Assembly: GCA_002269645.1 (NCBI GenBank)
Contig: NIVC01001067.1
Location: 3,946-67,945, forward strand
Length of the DNA stretch: 64,000 nucleotides
Source of the DNA: Macrostomum lignano
Lineage: Eukaryota
Direction: 5' to 3'
Shown in pieces: positions 24,425 to 36,844 of this stretch. The translations under genes were made by a program, and so were the position numbers. The notes beneath the pieces were generated by a model. It searched no databases, was not told the origin of the DNA, and saw only the letters and a program-made list of their open reading frames with translations. Numbering within the stretch: position 1 is the stretch's first letter; every line of letters begins with the position of its first letter.

Positions 24425-26195
24425 TTGCCCGTAGCAACGCTGACACTCCTGTAGCAACCCTGACACTACAGTAGCAACCCTGACACAACAGTAGCAACCC
24501 TGACACAACAGTAGCAACCCTGACACTCCTGTAGCAACCCTGACACTCCTGTAGCAACCCTGACACTCCTGTAGCAACCCTGACACTCCTGTAGCAACCC
24601 TGACACTACAGTAGCAACCCTGACACAACTGTAGCAAACCTGACACTACAGTAGCAACCCTGACACTCCTGCAGCAACCCTGACACTACAGTAGCAACCC
24701 TGACAATACAGTAGCAACCCTGACACTCCTGCAGCAACCCTGACACTACAGTAGCAACCCTGACACAACTGTAGCAACCCTGACACTACAGTATCAACCC
24801 TGACACTCCTGTAGCAACCCTGACACTACAGTAGCAACCCTGACACTACAGTAGCAACCCTGACACTAAAGTAGCAACCCTGACACTACAGTAGCAACCC
24901 TGACACTACAGTAGCAACCCTGACCCTACAGTAGCAACCCTGACACTCCTATAGCAACCCTGACACTCCTGTAGCAACCCTGACACTCCTGTAGCAACCC
25001 TGACACTCCTGTAGCAACCCTGACACTACAGTAGCAACCCTGACACTCCTGTAGCAACCCTGACACTCCTGTAGCAACCCTGACACTCCTGTAGCAACCC
25101 TGACACTCCTGTAGCAACCCTGACACTACAGTAGCAACCCTGACACAACTGTAGCAAACCTGACACTACAGTAGCAACCCTGACACTCCTGCAGCAACCC
25201 TGACACTACAGTAGCAACCCTGACAATACAGTAGCAACCCTGACACTCCTGCAGCAACCCTGACACTACAGTAGCAACCCTGACACAACTGTAGCAACCC
25301 TGACACTACAGTAGCAACCCTGACACTCCTGTAGCAACCCTGACACTACAGTAGCAACCCTGACACTACAGTAGCAACCCTGACACTAAAGTAGCAACCC
25401 TGACACTACAGTAGCAACCCTGACACTACAGTAGCAACCCTGACACTACAGTAGCAACCCTGACACTCCTATAGCAACCCTGACACTCCTGTAGCAACCC
25501 TGACACTCCTGTAGCAACCCTGACACTCCTGTAGCAACCCTGACACTACAGTAGCAACCCTGACACAACAGTAGCAACCCTGACACTCCTGTAGCAACCC
25601 TGACACTACAGTAGCAACCCTGACACAACAGTAGCAACCCTGACACTCCTGTAGCAACCCTGACACTACAGTAGCAACCCTGACACTCCTGTAGCAACCC
25701 TGACACTACAGTAGCAACCCTGACACTCCTGTAGCAACCCTGACACTACAGTAGCAACCCTGACACTCCTGTAGCAACCCTGACACTACAGTAGCAACCC
25801 TGACACTACAGTAGCAACCCTGACACAACAGTAGCAACCCTGACACTCCTGTAGCAACCCTGACACTACAGTAGCAACCCTGACACTCCTGTAGCAACCC
25901 TGACACTACAGTAGCAACCCTGACACTCCTGTAGCAACCCTGACACTACAGTAGCAACCCTGACACAACAGTAGCAACCCTGACACAACTGTAGCAACCC
26001 TGACACTCCTGTAGCAACCCTGACACTACAGTAGCAACCCTGACACAACAGTAGCAACCCTGACACTACAGTAGCAACCCTGACACTCCTGTAGCAACCC
26101 TGACACTACAGTAGCAACCCTGACACAACAGTAGCAACCCTGACACTACAGTAGCAACCCTGACACTACAGTAGCAACCCTGACACAACTTTTGC
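24425..26195. repeat. 20-bp minisatellite (GTAGCAACCCTGACAC + variable CTCCT/CTACA/CAACA end), ~88 copies
   Basis: Strict 20-bp period; a 520-bp higher-order duplication is visible. Confidence 0.98.
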
Positions 26196-26254
26196 AACCT
26201 GTTTAACGAGCTCAGAAGTCAGAGAATGCAGTAAATATTTTTACCTCTAACCAG

Positions 26255-26714
26255 CTCCGGCGCGCGAACTATCAGTGAACGCAGGCTGGTCACAGCGTCC
26301 AGCAGTGAGTTCTCCGTTATAGACCAGAGCTCCATGGTTGGCGATAGAAAAATATTAACCTAATAATTTCTTGGAATGAAAGTTTCTTAGTATTTATTGC
26401 CTACAGCGAAGGCAAGATCAAACGGTCCGTTTTAGCAGCTCTGCTTTGCTCAATGATACTCGTAGAATTGCAACGCCTGCGACAGTTTATGACTATAGAA
26501 AAGGTCAGTTTTTTAACTAAGAGATAACGAAAAGCCCAGCTATGAACATAGGGTCTAAATTACTTCAAAGAATTTCTAGATACTGAGTTAACATAGATAA
26601 TGTGAGTTGACAAGCTAAAATTATAAATGACTTGAACAACATAGAAATTTAATATAAAATTACTTTTCAGGGTTTAGATTGTATTGAGGGCAAGGTCACT
26701 CGCTATAGATGACA
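26255..26714 (+). other. Candidate 3' exons of an unidentified plus-strand spliced gene: 26255-26304, 26407-26503, 26671-onward
   Basis: Acceptor TTTTTACCTCTAACCAG, donor GTGAGT (26305), acceptor TTTATTGCCTACAG, donor GTCAGT (26504), acceptor TTACTTTTCAG, and plus-strand AATAAA at 26909. One frame is open across all three exons. No homolog recognised. Confidence 0.35.
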
Positions 26715-27054
26715 CCACCCTATGCACTAAATTAATCATTTTGACACGCCGCTATTTAAAAAAAGTTAAATGAATATTTGAATAACAAGCAAACAAACAG
26801 CATAAATCAGTTTCCATTTCAAAATACAACACAGTTGTATTAATTGCTTCAGATAAACAATCAATTGAAACAACTGCATTTATTAAAATGCTGTTTATTG
26901 TTTTAATGAATAAATTGTACTTTAAATTTAACTAGTAGACTTAAATTAGCAAGTAATAGACACACCGGAATAAAACTTGAAACCACAGAACTAATTCTGT
27001 GCTTGAAACTGATAACACCGAATTATAATTAATTTTATGAGCGTCGATAAAAGT

Positions 27055-28665
27055 GAGGCTGCAGGGACACTGGCTGAATGTACATTTAGAGGGGTAGAAT
27101 GAGAGGCTGCAGGGACACTGGCTGAATGTACATTCAGAGGGGTAGAATGAGAGGCTGCAGGGACACTGGCTGAATGTACATTTAGAGGGGTAGAATGAGA
27201 GGCTGCAGGGACACTGGCTGAATGTACATTCAGAGGGGTAGAATGAGAGGCTGCAGGGACACTGGCTGAATGTACATTTAGAGGGGTAGAATGAGAGGCT
27301 GCAGGGACACTGGCTGAATGTACATTCAGAGGGGTAGAATGAGAGGCTGCAGGGACACTGGCTGAATGTACATTTAGAGGGGTAGAATGAGAGGCTGCAG
27401 GGACACTGGCTGAATGTACATTTAGAGGGGTAGAATGAGAGGCTGCAGGGACACTGGGTGAATGTACATTTAGAGGGGTAGAATGAGAGGCTGCAGGGAC
27501 ACTGGCTGAATGTACATTCAGAGGGGTAGAATGAGAGGCTGCAGGGACACTGGCTGAATGTACATTTAGAGGGGTAGAATGAGAGGCTGCAGGGACACTG
27601 GCTGAATGTACATTCAGAGGGGTAGAATGAGGGGCTGCAGGGACACTGGCTGAATGTACATTTAGAGGGGTAGAATGAGAGGCTGCAGGGACACTGGCTG
27701 AATGTACATTCAGAGGGGTAGAATGAGAGGCTGCAGGGACACTGGCTGAATGTACATTTAGAGGGGTAGAATGAGAGGCTGCAGGGACACTGGCTGAATG
27801 TACATTTAGAGGGGTAGAATGAGAGGCTGCAGGGACACTGGCTGAATGTACATTCAGAGGGGTAGAATGAGAGGCTGCAGGGACACTGGCTGAATGTACA
27901 TTCAGAGGGGGGAATGAGAGGCTGCAGGGACACTGGCTGAATGTACATTCAGGGGTAGAATGAGAGGCTGCAGGGACACTGGCTGAATGTACATTTAGAG
28001 GGGTAGAATGAGAGGCTGCAGGGACACTGGCTGAATGTACATTCAGAGGGGTAGAATGAGAGGCTGCAGGGACACTGGCTGAATGTACATTTAGAGGGGT
28101 AGAATGAGAGGCTGCAGGGACACTGGCTGAATGTACATTCAGAGGGGTAGAATGAGAGGCTGCAGGGACACTGGCTGAATGTACATTCAGAGGGGTAGAA
28201 TGAGAGGCTGCAGGGACACTGGCTGAATGTACATTCAGAGGGGTAGAATGAGAGGCTGCAGGGACACTGGCTGAATGTACATTCAGAGGGGTAGAATGAG
28301 AGGCTGCAGGGACACTGGCTGAATGTACATTCAGAGGGGTAGAATGAGAGGCTGCAGGGACACTGGCTGAATGTACATTCAGAGGGGTAGAATGAGAGGC
28401 TGCAGGGACACTGGCTGAATGTACATTCAGAGGGGTAGAATGAGAGGCTGCAGGGACACTGGGTGAATGTACATTCAGAGGGGTAGAATGAGAGGCTGCA
28501 GGGACACTGGCTGAATGTACATTTAGAGGGGTAGAATGAGAGGCTGCAGGGACACTGGCTGAATGTACATTTAGAGGGGTAGAATGAGAGGCTGCAGGGA
28601 CACTGGGTGAATGTACATTCAGAGGGGTAGAATGAGAGGCTGCAGGGACATGGGCGAATGCACAT
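27055..28665. repeat. 48-bp minisatellite, ~34 copies, just downstream of the NUDCD1 stop
   Basis: Unit GAGAGGCTGCAGGGACACTGGCTGAATGTACATTCAGAGGGGTAGAAT. Confidence 0.98.
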
Positions 28666-28768
28666 TGATGCGAACCAATAGATGACCGTAGGTTAAACAT
28701 TTGCACTTTTAGAGCCAAAATTAAACGAATGCAAACGAGACCAGTTAGAAGTGTTTCGCGTAGTTTTT

Positions 28769-31700
28769 TTAATCCGATCCGGGTCCAACCCGTATCAGAT
28801 AAATCGCTCGCTCCGTCAGTACTAAAATTCGAGAATCGCAACAACCAAAACCAATCAGTGCGTCCTGGGTAGCCAGAGACACAACCTGTTGAGTTGAGCG
28901 TTCGGCGATGACACGACCGGACTGACGATTCCGCAGCACAGTGTCAGCAGGCCTGGGGCTGTGGTACACGTACACGTGACGGTAGCAGTCGCAGATGGCG
29001 GCGTAGCCAAAGCTGGGCGCGCAGGAGACAAATTTGGCGTCGGTTTTCGAAGCTCGAACGTAGCCAAAAGCGTGAAACGTGGTCACGTGCTGCCAGATCG
29101 AGGAGGCGTCGCCGCCGCTGAAGTCAGGACGCCACAGAAGGCCGTCAACATCGCGACGAAGGCACACGTAGGGCGGCTCCGACGGAGTCACTCGGGTGGC
29201 GAACAGCCACTGGGTTGAGTCTAGGGCTGGGCGAGTCGGATGGGATGAGAGCCATGAGATAGCAAAACTATTAGAAGGATTAAGACATAAGAGAGAGGAG
29301 CGAGGTGGGTGTGCAGAGGGGCGAAGGGAAGTGAGGTGGGTGAGCAGAGGGGCAGAGAGGGGAGTGGGGTGGCTGTGCAGAGGGGCAGAGAGGGGAGTGG
29401 GTTGGGTGTTCAGAGGGACAGAAGGGAGTGGGGTGGGTGTGCAGAGAGACAGAGAGGAGAGTGGGATGGGTGTGCAGAGGGGCAGAGAGGAGAGTGGGGT
29501 GGGTGTGCAGAGAGACAGAGAGGGGAGTGGGGTGGGTGTGCAGAGGGGCAGAGAGGGGAGTGGGTTGGGTGTTCAGAGGGACAGAAGGGAGTGGGGTGGG
29601 TGTGCAGAGAGACAGAGAGGAGAGTGGGATGGGTGTGCAGAGGGGCAGAGAGGAGAGTGGGGTGGCTGTGCAGAGAGACAGAGAGGGGAGTGGGGTGGGT
29701 GTGCAGAGGGGCAGAGAGGAGAGTGGGGTGGGTGCGCAGAGAGACAGAGAGGAGAGTGGGGTGGGTGTGCAGAGGGACAGAGAGGAGTGGGGTGGGTGTG
29801 AAGAGAGGCAGAGGGAGTGGGGCTGTGGCAAATCAATATTATAAAAACTAACCAGTAAGCGCCACAACTCGCTTAGCCTCGCCGTCGATCCAAACCAAGG
29901 CGCCAGTCTCTAAGCCGCCATCTCCGTCGCCGCCAGCTTCTGGGAGGTCGCAGTCCTCCAGCTCCTGGGCGTTGTACAGATCTCCGGAAGAGGCACCGGC
30001 CACAACGGCAGCGGCTGCCGCGGTGGCGGCGTCGGGTAGTTCGGCACCTCGAGCATCGTTGGTCACTAGACAGGGCCAAGGAGTTTCAGAGCTGCGCTTG
30101 CCAAGCAGGTGCAATTCGAGTAAACGGCACTCAGAATGAGGCTCCACCTGTAGTTCAGAAAGGGCTAAGCGTCACTAGACTGCAAACTGAAAACTTGAAG
30201 CAAGAAAGTTCAAGGTTATTTAAATTGAAACGAACCGTCCAAGTGCAGGCGTCCTTGTCCCAGACCTCGTACAGCGGCCCATCTAGCACTGGCCTACCGT
30301 GAATAGCCACTCTCAGCGCTACTCCGGTGTTTGTCACTTCGATGTCAGCTTTGCCTACACCAGTTGGCAGTGGGATGAACACGCTGATGCCATCCTCTTG
30401 GGATTGGCTCCAGGTGTAGGGCGACGGCGCCGATTCCGACGCCATCGAGACGGAGTTGCCGCCCACCTGACGGGTTGAGCGCCGCTTCTGTCTGTTGAGG
30501 GCGGAAATTGTTGAGGGATCTGTTTTGGTCGTGTTAATAACCCTCTATCACTCTAGGGCCAGTCTGGGTGTGCTAATAGCCCTCTATCCCTCTAGGGCCA
30601 GTCTGGGATTTCTAATAACCCTTTATCCCTCTAGGGCCAGTCTGGGATTGCTAATAACCCTCCATCCCTCTAGGGCTAGTCTGGGATTTCTAATAACCCT
30701 TTATCCCTCTAGGGCCAGTCTGGGATTGCTAATAACCCTCCATCCCTCTAGGGCTAGTCTGGGATTGCTAATAACCCTCCATCCTTCTAGGGCCAGTCTG
30801 GGATTGCTAATAACCTTCCATCCCTCTAGGGCATGTCTGGGGTGTGCTAATAACCCTCTATCCCTCTAGGGCCAGTCTGGGATTGCTAATAACCCTCCAT
30901 CCCTCTAGGGCCAGTCTGGGGTGTGCTAATAACCCTCTATCCCTCTAGGGCTAGTCTGGGATTGCTAATAACCCTCCATCCTTCTAGGGCCAGTCTGGGA
31001 TTGCTAATAACCCTCCATCCCTCTAGGGCCAGTCTGGGTGTGCTAATAACCCTCTATCTCTCTAGGGCCAGTCTGGGTGTGCTAATAACCCTCTATCCCT
31101 CTAAGGCTAGTCTGGGGTGTGCTAATAACCCTCTATCCCTCTAGGGCTAGTCTGGGTGTGCTAATAACCATCTATCCCTCTAGGGCTAGTCTGGGTGTGC
31201 TAATAACCCTCTATCCCTTTAGGGCCAGTCTGGGTGTGCTAATAACCCTCTATCCCTTTAGGGCCAGTCTGGGTGTGCTAATAACCCTCTATCTCTCTAG
31301 GGCCAGTTTGGAGTGTGGTCCCCACTAAGTGCCTTGAAACTCACTCATCATCGTCAGCTTTTGCAGTTTCCTCAGTTTCACCGTTTCCACTAGAAGGAGC
31401 AGTGGTTTTGGAGGTGTTTTTATCATCTTTATCGACAAACTCAAAGGGTCGATCGCACTCCAGCAGCAAGTGGCGACATTCCGCATCAAAACAGGCGTAG
31501 TTTGGCACGCAGCTGCTCTCCAGAGTCAAGCGACGAATCTGTTGATAGTTGCCATGGCTACTAGGAGATCCCAACGATTGATAAGTGAACCAATCGAGTA
31601 CGCAACGGAAGCCGTCACTACTTTTGTCATCATTTGTACTCTTATTAGCATCAGCTGATGATTCGCAAACTCGCATTAGCAAACAGTGCAGCTGATTGGT

Positions 31701-33410
31701 GGCTGAATAGCGCCTAGCGTACACCAGAAGGCTTGGCTCGGTTTCGAATGTGGCGCAGGCCTCCCAGTCTTTGTTGTCAATGTTGGACTCTGAATCAAAA
31801 TGAATGGATGAACTCGGATTGGCTTGCATGCGCTGGGAGCGTGTTTGGTTTCTTTAGCTAAATTTAAGCTGCTAGAACCTCCCTGCTTTTCTTACCCAAT
31901 CTTCCTTTCCCTCTCACCCCTAATCTCACTCCCTCTCACCCCCAATCTCACTCTCCGTCTCACCCCCAATCTCACTCTCCCTCTCACCTTCAATCTCACT
32001 CTTCCTCTCACCCCCAATATCACTCTACCTCTCACCCCCCAATCTCACTCTCCCTCTCTACCATAATCTCACTCTTCCTCTAACCCCCAATCTCACTCTC
32101 CCTCTCACCCCCAATCTCACTTTCCCTCTCACCCCTAATCTCACTCTCCCTCTCACCCCCAATCTCACTCTCTCTCTTACCCCCAATCTCACTCTCCCTC
32201 TCACCCCCAATCTGACTCTCCCTCTCACCCCTAATCTCACTCTCCCTCTCACTCTTCTATTTCGTGACTTTCCCTCTTACCCTCCCATCTCACCCTCCCT
32301 CTCACTCTAGCATCTCACTCTCTCTCTCTCTCTCTCACTCTCCCATCTCACGCTAGCATCTAACTCTCCCTCTCACTCTAGCATCTCTCTCTACCATCTT
32401 ACCTTAGCATATCTCTCTCTCTCTCACTCTAACATCTCACTCTACCATTTTACCCTAGCATCTCACTCTCTCTCTCTCCCTCACTCTAGCATCACACTTT
32501 CTCATCTCACTCTCCCATCTCACTCTCCCTCTCACTCTAGCATCTCACTCTCTCTCACTCTAGCATCTCTCTCTACCATGTTACCCTAGCATATCTCTCT
32601 CTCTCTTACTCTAGCATCTCACTCTACCATCTCACCTTAGCATCTCACTCTCCCTCTCACTCTAGCATCTCACTCTCCCTCTCACTCTAGCATCTCACTC
32701 TCCCTCTCACTCTAGCATCTCACTCTCTCTCTCACTCTAGCATCTCACTCTCCCTATTACTTTAGCATTCCAATCTCCCTCTCACCCTAGCATCTTAATC
32801 TCCCATCTCCCTGTCCCTCTCACCCTCATATCTCACTATTCCCCTCACCCTAGCATCTCACTCTTCCCTCCAGCTTGTCACAACACTATCATTTAGCTTT
32901 CTTACCATTTGGCCCGCAGCTGCCCCGCTCCCCGGTGTCCACCAGGAACAGCCGGCCGCAGCCATCGGCAACGCAAGCGGCGGTCTCGTCAACAAAGGCC
33001 ATGGAAGGCTGACACCGGCCTGACAACAGTCGCCGATCTGCCGCATTAGGCAAGGTGAGTAGCGGTCTCGGCGGGTCCGGACACGAATCTGTAACAGTCC
33101 GAATTCGCATTAGATTCCATTCCGAATCTAAATAGTAGGCACAGTCTAGATCCCACGGATCCAGGTACAGGTGATTCTGCACTCCGTAAGCTTTCAGGTG
33201 GTCGAAGCTGTACTGCCGCTCGGTGAGCTGCGGGTTGTCCACTGGCCGGGGCAGCTTCAGCTCCACGATGCCCGGCTGCTCCAGCGCCAGTTTGTAGCCT
33301 TCGAATTTGGAGTCCAGCAGGTCGCGATTCACCCGCAGTTCGGGGTAGCTGCAGGCTGAGGACTGCTGGGCGTCTGCGGCCTGCATGGCTGATGGTGCGG
33401 CTGCCTCCAT
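28769..33410 (-). CDS. NUDCD1: NudC domain-containing protein 1 (CML66). Exons (minus): 32906-33410, 31345-31789, 30236-30491, 29853-30147, 28769-29226; 652 aa; probable non-coding exon 34110-34186
   Basis: Total 1959 nt with consistent phases. Segments match NUDCD1: LRVNRDLLDSKFEGYKLALE, QYSFDHLKAYGVQNHLYLDPW, DGCGRLFLVDTGERG, the CS domain YTWSQSQEDGISVFIPLP, NAQELEDCD, CLRRDVDGLLWRP, and HVTTFHAFGYVRASK. Confidence 0.95.
29295..29825. repeat. ~33-bp purine-rich minisatellite in NUDCD1 intron 29227-29852
   Basis: GTGCAGAGAGACAGAGAGGGGAGTGGGGTGGGT-like units. Confidence 0.9.
30525..31310. repeat. ~39-bp minisatellite in NUDCD1 intron 30492-31344
   Basis: CCCTCTAGGGCCAGTCTGGGATTGCTAATAACCCTCTAT-like units. 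Confidence 0.93.
31905..32870. repeat. ~24-bp CT-rich degenerate minisatellite in NUDCD1 intron 31790-32905
   Basis: CTCACCCCCAATCTCACTCTCCCT units grading into CTCACTCTAGCATCTCACT units. Confidence 0.9.
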
Positions 33411-33433
33411 GAATTCCGCTTTTGTCCATGAAT

Positions 33434-33641
33434 CTGTCTGCATCTGCTTGCCTGTCTGTCTGTGTGTCTGCTTGCCTGCCCGTCTGTCCGCCTCTCTGTC
33501 TGCCTGCCTGCCTGTCTGCCTGCCTGTCTGTCTGTCTGTCTGTCTGTCTGTCTGCCTGTCTTTCTGCCTGTCTGCCTGCCCATCTGTCTGTCTGTCTGTC
33601 TGGCTGTGTGTCTTGTCTGCCGGTCTGACTGTCTGTCTTTG

Positions 33642-33694
<53 letters not shown>

Positions 33695-33912
33695 TTCTGC
33701 CTGCCCGTCTGTTTCTGTCTGTCTGTCTGTCTGCCTGTGTGTCTTGGCTGCCGGTCTGACTGTCTGTCTTTGTCTGTCTGTCTGCCTGTCTGTTTGTCTG
33801 TCAATTAATCAATCAATCAATCTACCTGTCTAATCTATCTATCTATTTATCTATCTATCTACCTATTTAATCTATCTATCTATGTATGTATGTATCTATC
33901 TTTCTATCTATC
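33434..33912. repeat. (CTGT)n followed by (CTAT)n in the NUDCD1 5'UTR intron
   Basis: Direct runs between the acceptor at 33434-35 and the donor at 34109. Confidence 0.92.
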
Positions 33913-35419
33913 TAGTAATCAAAAGAACACAGAAGCAGCTGACACCAATCACGGCAGTGCTAAAATAAACGCACACAGATATACGTCAATATTATTTACT
34001 TGCACAAGATAACGCGCAACTAACGCTTATAGCTTATCAGCAATTAAAAAATGTTTTATAATAAGAATAGAAGATAAATTGCAAGCAATAAAAAAGCCAA
34101 GTAACTTACCAGAAACTAGGGACAAATAATCAGTATGAAAAATATTCATTTACACAAATTCTGAAGCAGCAACACTAGAGGATTAGCTGTTAGTAGTATA
34201 ATAGTGAAAAAAAAATTATAATATATTTATTTTTAGAAATTAGCATTTTGTAGCAAAAATAGATTTATACATTTGAACTGACAAACTTTTTTACAAACGC
34301 GCGCTCTCCGATTACAGAGATGTCTTGATCTGTAACTAATGAAAGCGATTTTGAAGCAACATAACAATAATCATAATAACAATATTTTGCTTTAAAAATC
34401 TCACAAATGTACACAATTGTTATAAAATAAGCCGAGAAAATTGGTACAATAATTAAACTGAAAACAAATCTAGTTAATTTTTTTCCAGGATTATTAGGTA
34501 AAACATTAATTAGGAAGTTTGTAGTTGACAATAATTTGATAGATAAGCAAAAACCCTGGTAGCAATATATCACCTTAATAGTGTAATAAAATTATGCATA
34601 GTAGTATTAACAATTTAACGAATTATATATTACAATATACATTTAGGAAGCAAGTTACAGCAATTGAAAAAGATACAGAGATATGTACATACAGGCTTTT
34701 AAAGAGTTTATATATATGTAGGTACATAGATTTTGTCACTAATTTATTATCAAGACATCATTTATAAATATTTTCTTTAATTGAAAATAAGGTACGCGAA
34801 ACCATAATGAATGCAAGCAGCTGAGCACTTCAATTCAACGCCATAATGTCTATGCTTGTACTAGAAACTGAACACTCAATCTATACTACTTATAAACTGT
34901 TGCTGTCAGTAACAATAAAAGCACATATGACGTATAAAGTACAAAATGTTTCTCAAAAATATTTTCATTAGTTTTCACCGTTTAAAACTCAGGACAATTA
35001 TTTTTTTGCTAATTTATACACGAAAGACAGAGAAAGCCTATCAAAGATTGATCAAAAATAGCCAATGATTTTCGGGGTGTTCTGGCAAATAACAATAAAA
35101 CACTGAATTATTTTGTTCTCCAAGTAGTTAAAATTGCACTCCATCATTTTGTATGAGAGATTATTTAATAATACAAAAAGTTTATGAACTTTAGAGGCTG
35201 GAAACAACAGTTATTTACAAAGTTAAATTGTTGCCAAAATGACTACTGAAAAGACTACTCAATACTTGAGAATCACTAGGAATGAAAGGGTGTTAGCGAC
35301 TCGTGTTTCAACTTCTTAACTTTCGAGTTTCGCTACATGAAACATCTGCATATTGTGCTTAATTTATATATTAGTCTGACTGATTATTTATCTAGAATTT
35401 TATCCCACAGTCCATTCCT

Positions 35420-36768
35420 TCAATCTCCCAGTCTAAACTTCTACTCTACCTCTCACTCTCCCACTCTACACCTCATTCTCCCAGTCTACCTCTCACTCTC
35501 CCACTCTACACCTCATTCTCCCAGTCTACCTCTCACTCTCCCACTCTACCACTTACTCTCCCACTCTACCTCTCACTCTCCCAGTCTACCTCTCACTCTC
35601 CCAGTCTACCTCTCACTCTCCCAGTCTACCTCTCACTCTCCCAGTCTACCCATCACTCTCCCAGTCTACCCCTCATTCTCCCAGTCTACCTATCACTCTC
35701 CCAGTCTACACATCACTCTCCCAGTCTACCCATCACTCTCCCAGCCTACCCATCACTCTCCCAGCCTACCCATCACTCTCCCAGCCTACCCATCACTCTC
35801 CCAGCCTACCCATCACTCTCCCAGTCTACCCCTCACTCTCCCAGTCTACCCGTCACTCTCCTAGTCTACCCCTCACTCTCCCAGTCTACCCCTCACTCTC
35901 CTAGTCTACCCCTCACTCTCCCAGTCTACCCTCACTCTCCAAGTCTACCCCTCACTCTCCCAGTCTACCCCTCACTCTCCTAGTCTACCCCTCACTCTCC
36001 CAGTCTACCCTCACTCTCCAAGTCTACCCCTCACTCTCCCAGTCTACCTTTTACTCTCCCAGTCTAGCCCTTACTTTCGAAGAAGGAGTTAAAACATTAT
36101 CACAGTTTTTGGGAGTACATAACTATCACTACGTAATCCTGACACGGAACTGTAACCTTATGTACATCTAGAATTGTGCGCAATGTTATGATTTCAGCCA
36201 ATATATTACCGGTAAATATTTAAGCAACTGTAGACATCGGAGGTACTTCAGTACATGTAAGGTTTAGCAAATAAACAACATATTTATATATGTTCCTACA
36301 TATATATATATAGGAACAAAAACTACTAATATATGGTCCTTGCGAATAACACAATTAATTAAACTTGAAAAGAAAATCTTTTTAACCGGGGATTTGCAGG
36401 TTCTTAAGCTTAATACTTTGTGCCAGTTCAAAGTCTCTTAACATGAAGAGATTGATGCCACAAAGGCAGTATTCTATAGAAGCTATTATTATAGTGGCAG
36501 ACAGGGGGTAGACTGGGAGAGTGAGGGGTAGACTGGAAGTGTGAGAGGTAGACTGGAAGTGTGAGGGGTAGACTGGGAGAGTGAGACGTGGAGTGGGAGA
36601 GTGAGGGGTAGAGTGGGAGAGTGAGGGGTAGACTGGGAGAGTGAGGGGTAGACTGGGAGAGTGAGGGGTAGACTGGGAGAGTGAGGGGTAGACTGGGAGA
36701 AGGGTAGACTGAGAGTTTAAAGGGTAGACTGGAAGTGTGAGGGGTAGACCGGGAGAGTGAGGGGTAGA
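35420..36768. repeat. Inverted pair of 20-bp minisatellite arrays (CCCTCACTCTCCCAGTCTAC at 35420-36075; its reverse complement at 36504-36768) around a ~430-bp unique core
   Basis: The left arm reads CTCACTCTCCCAGTCTAC and the right arm reads GTAGACTGGGAGAGTGAG. Confidence 0.9.
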
Positions 36769-36844
36769 TCGTTAGATACAAATGTGGAGTAGTAGATGAA
36801 GCAGGTAATGGTAGAAAAAAGGTTAAATTGGTAGATAAAACGGT

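Noticed and set aside
16430-26195. CRISPR-like appearance of the 29-, 32- and 20-bp arrays
   Set aside because: Units abut directly with no unique spacers, there are no cas genes, and the context is eukaryotic.
24425-26195. Telomere-related origin (AACCCTGA resembles variant TCAGGG repeats)
   Set aside because: There is only one hexamer per 20-bp unit and no TTAGGG runs.
26255-26714. Selenoprotein reading (in-frame TGA at 26276, then EGKIKRSVLAALLCS...)
   Set aside because: I could not find a SECIS-like stem downstream, and another frame is fully open.
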